Source: Paragordius varius
Taxonomy: Eukaryota; Animalia; Nematomorpha
Direction: 5' to 3'
NCBI GenBank assembly: GCA_964247055.1
Contig: OZ176051.1
Span: 5,022,001-5,086,000, forward strand
Length of the DNA: 64,000 nt
Numbering within the stretch: the first letter of the stretch is position 1; every line of letters begins with the position of its first letter. The notes beneath the pieces were generated by a model. That model did not search any database. It was not told the origin of the DNA and saw only the letters and a program-made list of their open reading frames with translations. Positions 1 through 11,561 of the stretch are shown one piece after another. The position numbers were made by a program, and so were the translations under genes.

Positions 1-189
1 CAAAAGAAACGAATATTTTAATCCGGACAAGGTTTTAACAAGATTGATCTGTAAGACGCCTACCTCTCAGGCCGAGCTAAAGAGTCGCTACACCCCCTCT
101 ACGATTTCGATGCAAAGAGGATGTTTCCGTTTCAAAAGAATACGGTTCAGATTCCCCACAGCGCCGATAATATTTCAGTGCCCTGGCGG

Positions 190-662
190 TTGGGTTTTTC
201 GGATTTGCAATTGCGGCAGGCGGGACATTTGCTTAGCCCATGAATACTCGCATAACCCTTGCGCGAATGTGTCCGAGGTTTTGATTATTGTAATCAATTA
301 AAATTAATACCATTGTTATAATTGGTATTATCATATATTTTCTTCTCTTCAAATTAACATCTAGTAGCCAAGCGAATCCGAACTAATTTAACAACTAATC
401 TAACATAACAGTGGGACTCCCACCGAGTTCCAAACTCGGATGGTGGATAAAGAGAAAGTGCAACAACCATGACAATGTCAATTGCCAATATCACCAGCAT
501 GTCCATCAAAAAATATATGATAATACCAATTATAAAATGGTAATAATTTTAATCGATTACAACAATCAAAACTCGGACACATTCGCGCAAGAGTTATGCG
601 AGCATTCATAAGCCAAGCAAATGTCCCGCCTGCCGCAATTGCAAATGCGAAAAACCCAGCCA
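190..662. repeat. Long inverted repeat (about 150-bp arms, about 170-bp spacer), MITE-like
   Basis: 190-341 (tgggtttttcggatttgcaattgcggcaggcgggacatttgc...tcatatatttt) is the imperfect reverse complement of 510-662. The spacer contains small hairpins (gtggga-c-tcccac; ccgagt-tccaa-actcgg). No TSD was identified. Confidence 0.8.
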
Positions 663-2904
663 GCGCAGTCAAATTATATAGATATGTTTTAATAGTAATT
701 AAGCGTTTTTATACCGTATCATCATGCCTCCAAATAGTATGAAGTATGCAACAAAATTTTTCTAAAAATTTATTTTTTGAAAAAGTCTCGATTTATCCCA
801 TATTTAAAATTTTTATCGTACAAGCTCGGCATTTTTGCGTCTAAGTGATCTAGCCCATTTTAGAAAAGCAAAACATTCAAGTTTCATCTGGGAATCGGTA
901 ATGGGGACGTGAATGAACGTGCAATTGGGAAAAGCTTGCTGATCCTGAGGTTAGATTTAGGTCGATGGTCACAGGCTATCTCATACCTTGACCGCTATCG
1001 TAACACACTACTGGTTGAGAAGATTGGCTTAAATAACTCTTTCGATTTTTGTTTGATGGGCAAGCTCAAACTTGGGAGATTGATTGTGGATTAACACTTA
1101 TTGGGGTGTTTTTCCTACAATTTGGTAACTCGTGGGAGAACAAGCTTGATTATGCGTTTCACTTTCATTATCTTTGTGATGACTTTTTTGTGTAATTGAC
1201 TGTTGTTTGTGAATAAGAAAACATTTTCTCTAAAAATCAACTTTGTTATTTAAAGACTTGTTTTTTCAATTATGTGTTAGCGGGTTGTTCTCAACTCTCT
1301 GATGAGCGGACAGTTCCTCTTTTGGGAAAAGATAGTATATATTCAAATGTGTAAAGGAGGTTTGTATTAAAAATAACGTTATATATATTCTGATAGCAAA
1401 ATACATCAGGATAATCATGGTGCTTTTGGTTTTGTCCCTACGAGTGATATAAGAAGGTTATTTAAACTTTTGTGGTAAAAATCCTATCAGAAAATGGTAA
1501 AATTTGGGCACATTTTTTAAAATAATTTTTTTTGGTGAAAGCTAATAGGGGCTTCAATTTGAAAAATATTACTAAAAAATATTATAACCACATATAAAAA
1601 GCAAAACAATATTTTGAAATAATTTTAATTCTTAGATGTGGGCTCCGAAGTCCCAAAGTTTTTGCTCTTTTAAATGAACTAGATTTCCAAAATAAACGCA
1701 AAAATGCCGGGATCGCGCGAATAAAATTTTATTTTATAAAAAGTTGAAAAAAATATTTTTTAAAGTTTATAAGGTTAAAACCTGCAAATTTTCATTCTGA
1801 TTCCATAAATTTAATAAAATGTAATTTAAATCTGTATAACCGGCCTTTTTACCAAAATTTCATGGTTGATAAAGACCTATTTAAGCTCTAAACTATATTT
1901 CAAATTTGAAATGAAGGATCTGAGGTTGTGATTGAATGGGCAAGGAATCAATCGCATAAGATTTAATTTTTATCTATTTATAAATAAATCAAGGTTAAAT
2001 TAAATTTCGGCAAAACTTTTAAGATGCGCGGTTTTTAGACAAGTCTCCTTCTGAATGAATATCTATCCCCAGCTCAAAAAGGCAAGTACTATTTGAATAT
2101 AAACAATCAATTAGAATATTTTGGAGGCGTCGATCACGGTTAGCCACTTTTTTAAATTTTAGCGAATTCAAGCTTATTTTGGTATATAACGCATATATTA
2201 AAATTTGACAAGCTTTTAAATCATATGGGCTACATTAGGCGCTTGACCCTTATTTCAGATTTTTATATTTATTTTATAAGTTTTTAACTTACCCTAAAAA
2301 TCTATACATAGAGACAAATAAAGACTAAAAAAATATATATAATAACAATATTTCCCCAGAATAACCTTGTTTAAGCCCATCAACCTAAATTTATCAGAAA
2401 ATAAAGATAATCAAACATGTAATTATTTATAAATTTGTCATTCAAAAATATTAATTTTATATAATTTGATAAACTTTTACAATGATTATGATCATATAAT
2501 TAGTAATTAAATCACATAATAAATTAAATATATGTTACACATAAACAATGTTAATGAAATCTAATGATCCCCCCTCAAATAAAAAGGGATGATAACATTT
2601 GATAAAACAGCGGAATGATTATATATAAAAAAGGAGAGAGAAAAATGGATTAAATCACAAAATCTATATATATATATATAATAATAAATATTACAATTTG
2701 CTATTAGTTCACAAAATGCTGTCTGTAATATATAGTATAGTCAAACACAAATAATAAAATTATTTTGATTAAGTTTTGATTCCATATCCTATTAAAGTGT
2801 TATAAACCACACACCCAAAAGACGAAACGAAATAAATAATTTTTTGAGATTTTAATTAAACACTTTGATTTTGCGCATAAAAGTTAATAATTTTTGTTGA
2901 TTGT

Positions 2905-5900
2905 TTAAGGCCCACGAGAGGTATGATCTTCAATCGAAGCCCCTGCATTGTTGTGTTGAGATATTGCACTAGCAGCTGATCCACCAAGCGGTACTAAAAC
3001 ACTAACATAAGTTTTTGGAAAATATCCAGTTTTACCACGTAACGTACCTTCATACCTAAAAATTAATATATGTATGGGTTAGCAATGATCGCACAAACCA
3101 TTTTGGGTGACTGGATCTAATTGAGATTATAATGCACGGATAATAAAGCTTTTGGTAAGCATTTTAACTTTTACTTGAGAACACTCCGATTACATATTAG
3201 AAATCGTTGTTTAATTTTAATTACAAAATAAAAAAAAATTGAAAACAAATACCAATTTTCATCAATGTCTTTGGTCAAATTTATGATATCATTTTCCTTG
3301 AATTCCAATTCGCCTGGGTTCAGAGCTTCAAAATCGTAAAGAGCCTTACATTGAGGAATCATTTTAGAGTTGGGATACATTCCGGCACCCCCGTGCTGCG
3401 CTATTACAGGCGGTCCTCCAATATGATGTCCACCTGCACCATTTGCTTTACATAAAAAAACATTAGGTTTTAAAAATTACTTTAGTCTTTAAAGGAACAG
3501 TAAACAATATTGACTAAAAATTAATGAAAATTGCTTAGGATGTAGGTTCAAAAAAATGATAATTAATATTGCAAATATAGAGTACAATAAAATAGTTGAA
3601 ATTAAAAAGTAAATTAGGGTATTATGAAAGAAAATAGTTTACGATAACATTTAAGCGAGTAAAATCTCTATCGTTGTACAACTGAATAATCAAGCAATAA
3701 ATATGGGATAAAGAACAAATAAACAATTCTAATATGAAAGTAAGTAAAAAGATGTGAAGACAAATATAATATTACTTGATAAACCTTCGACCAAAAAGTG
3801 GGGCTGAGCCATTCTCGGTTTCTCATTTGCTTCTTGTTTTCTATTTTAAAATAAATCAATAAAACATATTTTTTACTCAATTTCCAAAATTATTGAAAAA
3901 AATGGTTACGAATAAAAATAATATACTTTTTCTGCAACTTTTCAACCAAATCCTCATAACTAGCAAGGCATTTCTTGTGATAATCTTGCATGGCTTCGGC
4001 GAAGGCACATAATTCAGATATCAATTCAGCCTAATATAGCGGCATGATATATATTTAATTTTTTGAAAAATAATAATTACAAATATCATATAACGACGAC
4101 AAATGTAGAGTTTAAAGGAAAAAATTTCATTTTTTTCATTGAAAGAAAAAACAATTCCTTATTTTTATTGATGTCGTAGACTTATCATAAAAATGCCAAA
4201 AATTGTATGATATTTAAAAAACTTAAATAATATAAAAAAGTAATACATCATTCGATAATAGGTATTGCATGGCTTGCGTTGCTTGACTTTTTGATTCAAT
4301 AAACTTGGCTTCAGCTTCAGCCAATTCAGAATCTAAATGAAAATTATAAGCTAACAAGCTCATATAATTTATTTCAAGATTAATTATGTAGAAAGATATC
4401 TAGATATGTATATTATTTCAAATAGGTGCTTATTTAACATTTCCACAGATCAGGGTAGATATCCTTAAATTTTAATTAAATAGATAAATATTAGCGTCTG
4501 TGTAACCTATTGACAGATTAGTTAGACAAGTTTTTATTAAATAATTTAATGATGTTATAAAACCAAACCTGTTGTTTTCTTTCTTTTCTTGGCATCAAAA
4601 TCTAAACGTCTCCCATAAGTTTTCTTGCAAAGATGCTATAGCAAAATAAAAAATAACTCAATTTATGTAAATACAAACACATAATTTCGTAAAATAGTAA
4701 GATATACAAAACGTAAAGGACTATGATACGATATGATATTTGTATCTTTCATCTCATTTAATTAATTAATTTTTTTATACAGCATTTAAAATCAATCGAT
4801 TACACACAGCGTGATATTAGACCTTTCAAATAGGTAAAAAAATTTAACAAGTAAGCTCATATAGATATAAAATGAATTAATATTTTGATAAAGAAACCGA
4901 AAAATATATACCAGCACATCTTTAACATCCTTTTCTTGGAGATTTTTGAACGGTTCCAACACATTTTGCCTCACATTATCCTCCAAACCGTACTTTATGT
5001 CAGCCAAATGTTTCATCGTTTCACCCGATTGAACAAGGGCTTGTCCTGTATTTACAATAAAAATGTTTGATAAGAAAAGTGCTTGATAGTAAATTAGAGG
5101 CAAAAATAACGCGGATGAAAGAAATTTTGTTGGCTTAAACGCCTTTTCAATTGGTTAATAAAATTGTTGTCCAAATATAAAAATAGTTTTAGTTTATAGC
5201 TGGAATCGTACATAGATATGGATAAATTAAACGAAAAAAAAGCGAAAACACATCTTGCTTACAAGGGCTTTTAAACAGTTATATACTCAATTAATCTAAC
5301 AAATAAATTTAAGAAACAAAACAAAAAACTAAAGCTAAAAATTGGAAAAAAAATTACCAAAAATGGAATCATAGCCCAAGCTTTGGCCATACTTTATCAT
5401 GGAGTTGCCAAGCTCGCCTTCCGGTTGCGGATAAACTGAATTGTATTCTTGTCCCTTCATTTTTTGGTAAGCACTTAATGCACCCAGTTTAGCTCTAGTT
5501 GCTATATATATATATATATATATATATAAAGACATGTAAAATTTATTTTTGGTAATTTTTTGATAAAGCAGATATATTCTTTTTGCCGATTTTATTTAAT
5601 AAATTATGCGAAAAATATTATATTATAATTCAAACATGTGTTCGCCATTAGATTTAAATATGGAAATTTTTAAATAGCTGAATATCACAATAATATTAAT
5701 TTTGTGTAAAAAATGTATAAATTTACCAGGATTAGGTTGTAAAAATTCTTTGGTTTTAGTTGATACATCTTCCAAAAGTTCAGCTGTAGTATTACATTTC
5801 TAATATATTAAATAATTATTTATAAAAAATATTAGACATTAAAATAACGCTAATGTTGTTTTTTTATATGCTGCCGATAATTACACTATTTATTAAATGT

Positions 5901-8257
5901 TAAAACTATAGTTATAATTTACAAGATTAACACTTGAATACAACACATTCATTTCAGTCCTTCGATTCAAATTGGGGTAGTTGGATACCCCAGGCCTGTT
6001 TAAATTAATTACAATATGAAGGAATCAAAACCATGGCAAAATTTTGCACTTATATAACATTAATAAACCAATATATAAAAATTTTATTCAAACTTATTTT
6101 AATGTAAAACCCAAAGATAAAAATTTAGTCAACGTAACATGTGTGCATTGGCTAAATTGAAAAATAATACAAAATAAACCACTTTTTCTATTTCTATCAA
6201 TGTTAGATGTATTTTAAAAAAATTAGCTGTAATTTTACCTTTAAAATTAAATGAACACGATATGCAAAAATTTGGTAAAAAATAAAATGGCCTCGAAATA
6301 GTTAGACATGGACCTTTTTAAAACTGAATTTTAGATATTTTAGCTTATTTATATAATTTTTATTAGGGTAGAAGCATAAATTTAAATTTGGACCGTTTCC
6401 TTCAGTAGTGTTTTAAAATTATCAATTTAAATTCTGGGGTATTCACATTACCTTAACAGTGTTAATGATATCAAAGAGTTATAAAAATCCTAATCCTTAT
6501 GTGGCTAAGCGTTTTAGAAATACAGACTTTTTTTAGTTATACTATATATTTATTTTTACAATCGATATCGATTCAATTTATGTGAATTTATTGAAAAAGC
6601 ATATGATGAGTATACAATTTACTATTAAAACATTTCTGACGTATAGGAAATATTTTTTATAGCTGTGTAAGCATTTTATCTATCCTATACTAATTGCTTT
6701 GATCATTATAAATTGTCATTCACATATACATACATACATAATTACTTTAAAAAAACGTAAAATATTAAAAACGAGTAAACAATTAAGATATTTAAAAAAG
6801 TATAGATAGCTTTTGTATACGATATCGCGACATCAACTTTTAACAAAAAAGATAGTCATTATTTATTTGTATGTAATATATTTAAAATTTAAATAATTAT
6901 TCTTATTAGTAGTGTTAAAACATTGGAAACTACCTGTTGAGGCAAAAAAATTTAATTACTATATATGTATATAATATTTTTAATTAAGAAATGGATAAAA
7001 AATTTGGTTTGCAAAAACGATATAAAATATTATTTATAGGATCCTAGTATATATATATATATATATAAATGCAAATCATGTAAATATGAATATCTCGCTG
7101 CCAAAAAATAAATTTATTCTAAGTCTCTTATACAAGATAATACATATTGAATATAAAACTAACACGGTAACATTTCAAACAAAATGTTATATATAATAGT
7201 CAATCATTCAGAGTTATGGAAAAAAATGTTGGCATACATAACTTTAAAGGACACATGAAACAATGTTTAGACAATAAAAAATGTTTAAAAGTATTCAGCC
7301 GTTAAAAAAACTTAAATCTCTAAGGTAAAGCAGAAAAGAGTTTAGAAAATACATTAAATTTTTTGAAAATAGCAAATAGAGATATTATTTTAATGAATTA
7401 ATTAATGATATTTTGCATTTTTTAAAAAATTTAAATATAGAAATACAAAAAATAATAATAATAAGTAATTAAATATAAATTGATGAAAATGTAATTTTTG
7501 CGCTAAAATCAATAGAGTTGTGAATACATATTTAATGAGTTTTATATTGCACGGGCCCCAATAAAACTTATTGTAAAAAATGAAAAAACTTATAAAACCT
7601 AGAACTTTAATTATAATTATAAAAATACATATTTTATAAAATGTTTCGATAAAAAATTATTTATGTCCATATGGTTTTTAATTTAAATATTTTTATGTTG
7701 CAATTACACCGTTGATCAATGTAAAAAAATATAATAATGAAATTTAATTAATTAGCAAAAATACTAGTATGTATTCCAAAGTATGATTTTGAGCCAATAT
7801 TTTGAAAGATATTTTTCCGTGCAAAATATATATTGGAGAATATAAAATTGTATTAATAAAAGCTATGTCTTGTGCATAAAATATTGAATTTTTTGTCAAT
7901 CGATATAACATACAACTTATTCCAAATGTAAACGGTTGAAAAAAATTACGAAAAAATAAATGTCCAAACTTTACGAATTTTTGATGCATTAAAATAAAAA
8001 AATTCTTTATATAATTGATAGGAATAAAAATAATGTTCCATCCGTAAACAACTAAGTTAATAAGTAATATATGTTAAAATTTTACAAAAGAAAATTAGGA
8101 ACTTAATAAAATAGATTACCTTCTCCATTTCAACAAACTCGTCTTCCATTTTTGTGCTGTCGGCAGCTCCAAGCCTTTCTCGCAGATACTAATACTTTAA
8201 ATATAATAATACCTGATCTGCCTTATTCATTTGTTTTTTGAATCCAGTTAAAGACAT
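2905..8257 (-). CDS. SH3GL: Endophilin A (N-BAR + SH3), 11 exons, about 373 aa
   Basis: Exons 8213-8257, 8120-8188, 5727-5799, 5358-5501, 4912-5045, 4569-4635, 4247-4332, 3927-4030, 3785-3840, 3253-3445, 2905-3055. All GT-AG and phase-consistent (sum 1122 nt). Motifs: MSLTGFKKQMNKADQ, EFLQPNPATRAKL, YPQPEGELG, GRRLDFDAKK, and SH3 CKALYDFEALNPGELEFKENDII...ENWYEG...GYFPKTYV. Confidence 0.95.
5931..6461 (+). mobile_element. piggyBac-like non-autonomous element (family A), copy 1, in endophilin intron
   Basis: TTAA on both sides (5927-5930, 6462-6465). Ends CACTT.../...CAGTG. Subterminal CGATTCAAATTGGGGTA-N7-TACCCC motif at the left end, partly deleted at the right end. Confidence 0.75.
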
Positions 8258-8319
8258 TTGAGCTTCCTATTTTTAATCTGGATAAATTACTGTGGCGTAA
8301 ATTGAATAAATTAAAACAT

Positions 8320-11300
8320 ATGATGCCAATTAATTTTATATATACGCGAGGTAAGTTGCAAAAGTCGTATATGTGTTTATATTAAATGTGAAATGTTAAT
8401 ATGTTATTTTAAGCAATTTAAACCGTCATGAACCATTAGAATTAAAAGAACTTTAAAATAATAAGTCACCATAGGCTCATCCGTATCTCCCTTAAAATAT
8501 GATTTTTTAACAAATAATGGTTAAAGCAACTTCTCTGGGAAATATTAGACATTTTAAATTTGAATGGATCTATTTTTTTACAAATGCCCCGATGCGCATT
8601 TCTCGGAATAACTCCCTTAATAAATCCCCTCCCCTTGAAAATGTTTTAAATATTAGTCAAGCAACATATAAAGTGTGAGCCCATATGAATAGGAAAGTGA
8701 AAAAAATTTGGTATATTGACACTTCGATTTAAATTGTGGTATCTAAATACCCCAGACAAAATTTAAGTTGATATTTTAAAAATAGACTGAAAGAAACGGT
8801 TCCAAAATGAATTTAAATTCCGTAACAAAAATTACATAAATAGGCCAAAATATCCAAAAAAGATTAATTTTGGAAAAATGTTTCATAAATTACTTCGGCG
8901 CCATTTATATTTTGCATTTTTGCAAAATATCGTGTTTATTTGATTCTAAGCCTAAAATAAAGTTTACTTTTTATTGTAATCGCATTTAACATTATAAACA
9001 GAAAATGTCGTATATTTTGTATCATTTTTATATTTTATTCACATATGTCATGTTGGTTAAGTTTTTTTTTTACCTCTTATAAGTTATATATAAAAAATTC
9101 AATTAATTTTTTATTATACGGTTTATTAATGATATATTAGTGCAAACTTTTGCCCTGGTTTCAATTTATTCCATGTTTTTTTAAAATATTTAATTTTAAC
9201 GAGCCTGGGGTATTTACCTACCCCAATTTGAATCAAAGGACTAAAATGATTGTGTTGTTTCCAATTGTTAATAGAGATAAAGGATTAATAGTTTTAAACA
9301 AATATGGGCTTTGAAACGATTTCCGGAATACGTATCTCAAAATATCTTTTTTACAAATGCTCCAAATGTTACACAGCAATTTCTCATGATTCGTCCTTCA
9401 GTTGAAAGCCAACTCCTGAAAAATGGTAGGTTTTAAAGAAACTTAAAAACTTTTAGGTCCTATAACATCAAAAAAATTGGTTATATTAACGAATGAGCGG
9501 GTAACTAAGTGATATTTTAAAACTTTTCTTGTTTGACCCCTACCCGTTTGATAAAGATTTATTAACAAATTGGGCTTTGAAGTAATTTCGCAGAAAAGAT
9601 GTCGGACTATTCAAAATGATGGTTATTTTTATACAATAAGAATGCGCTAGGCAATCTGCATCATATTATTTTAATCCGACTCAACTCTTCCTGATAAATA
9701 AAATCTCGATAACACTTCGATTCAAATTGGGGCATCTAAATACCCCAGACTAAATATGAGATAGGATTTTTAAAAATATTGAAGGAAACGGTCCAATTTA
9801 AATTTATGCCCCTATCCTAATCTATATATTTATAAAAATGGAAAATGGTGGCTTTGTGATCTGTTTCCGGAAAACCAGTAGACCCATTCAAATCCAAACA
9901 CCGAAATATAATCATTAATGAATGCCCCGACAATAGCTTCGCCTTTTTTGATTTAGGCCCCCAGTTCGGGTCCATCCCATATAAAAAACGGGTTTTTTTG
10001 AAAACACAAGTTTACCAAAACGTGTCTTTGAGACAATTTTCCGGAGAACGTGTTGGACCATTCAATTTCAAATATAATTTCTGTTTAGTTATTTTCGATT
10101 GCGCCGAACATAGTCGGCTCGCATTTTTAATTTAGGCCCTCTTTTTACCCGCTCCCCCCGTAAAATGCCATTTTTTTCAAAAAACAAAAACCGAAAAATA
10201 GTTTTTTGAATCTATTTTTCCCCGAAGTAAACAATATATTATTAGCATGAATGCACCGTTTTAAAATTCCTAAGAGATCATAGCTATTAAATAATGTTTT
10301 ACTTTTTATATATAGTTATATGTTTTAATATTTTTTGGAATAAACATAGCTTTGACCCGAAAAGGTTTTTAGCAAAACGTCCGGATGACATTTTCTATTG
10401 GAGAGGTTATCACAAAAGTGATATTCTTATATTTCTCGTATGGCTGAAAACAAAAGTATCATGATAATTCTGGTAAATTTTGCTATTAGAAAATATATAT
10501 TTCATCACATTATATTTTTTGTGTGACACTGTGTAATTTGAGCTCTATTTTCTCTTTAATAAAAGCCACAAAGGTATTAATAACTTTTTTAAATGACTCA
10601 CAAGGCCCTAAAGCACCAGGAGGATCCTGATATATCCAATCTAAGATTATATATTTCATTAAGAGATTATTATACCCCCTGGTGTTAATCACTTATATAA
10701 TGCCAAATATTATAACACTAGTCGACAAATTTGGACATTTTTAAGCACCACCACTCAAACCTTTTAAATTATGACTAATTTCAGTGTTTTAAAACCGAAT
10801 TTGAAAAAAAATTGATCCCGCCAATCAGAATTTTGAAATTTTATAGGTTTTTTAATTTTTCAAAAACAATAGAAAATCGAGAGAAAATTAAATATAACTT
10901 TATAATAAAATGTTATTATATTATAAACTTAATATCATTTAATAAAGCGTTTTAAACTCTATCTTTTGAATATAAATATGTCATTTAAATATCAGAGAGA
11001 AAAAAATAGTAGGGACTTAAACGTCAAAATTTAGTCTTTTTTTTTTCAAGTGAATTTTTAACACATATAAAATTTTTTTAAAAAATACTAAAAAAGGCAT
11101 TCTATGGTTTAAACCTTCGGCTTTCAGATAGGCTATATTTTTTTGTTAGATTTCGTTCTTTGAGTACTTATTAGACTTTTTCTCTTGAGTTGGTTCTTAT
11201 AAAAAATCCTTTATTTATACCTTATACCTTATTTTTTTAAGATTATTGGTTGTTTTGTATTTTGAATTTCAGATGGATGTTGTGTAGCCACTTTTAGTAG

Positions 11301-11561
11301 AATTTACTGTTATGGGGTTGGACCATTTGTATTTACCTAATTTATATTCAATTTAATTGTAGAATTTATCTAACTTTATTCTGTAAATTGGTTAATTTGA
11401 CATGTCAATTTGCCACGATTTTGCTTGCAGGTCTCTCATATCGGGCTTTACGATTACTTATTGTTATCTTAGCCATATCTGGCATAATTGGATCGCTTGG
11501 GGGATATGCAGAGCTTGTGCAGCCGCCCGGATCTATCACACTATACATAAGCCCCTTTTAG
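8320..11561 (+). CDS. Candidate small membrane-protein gene, head-to-head with endophilin (speculative)
   Basis: ATG at 8320 gives MMPINFIYTR, followed by a consensus donor GAG|GTAAGT at 8350. Phase-compatible acceptors at 11272 and 11297. A 34-nt intron (11329-11362) leads into an open hydrophobic exon ...ALRLLIVILAISGIIGSLGGYAELVQPPG...SPF* ending at 11561. Confidence 0.25.
8720..9267 (-). mobile_element. piggyBac-like MITE family A, copy 2 (inverted)
   Basis: Reverse complement of the family A ends and interior. Flanks are ttga / ttaa. Confidence 0.7.
9290..10400. repeat. Degenerate tandem/satellite-like array interrupted by family A insertions
   Basis: Recurrent blocks ggctttg..tttccgga..ggaccattcaa..gatttaggccc..ccc at about 9305, 9570, 9850, 10030 and 10370. 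The two best-conserved units are about 180 bp apart. Confidence 0.55.
9713..9815 (-). mobile_element. Truncated family A end
   Basis: cacttcgattcaaattggggcatctaaataccccagac...gaaggaaacggtccaatttaaatttatg matches the family A right end. Confidence 0.7.

Noticed and set aside
780-1330. Possible Penelope-like remnant (FIPYLKFLSYKL...) with CTGATGA at 1299-1305
   Set aside because: No GIY-YIG or RT motif could be read, and no helix II closes between CTGATGA and the nearest GAAA.
10510-10692. Minus-strand ORF containing DWIYQDPPGALGPCESFKK
   Set aside because: I could not join it to any phase-compatible upstream exon, and it has no recognisable homology.
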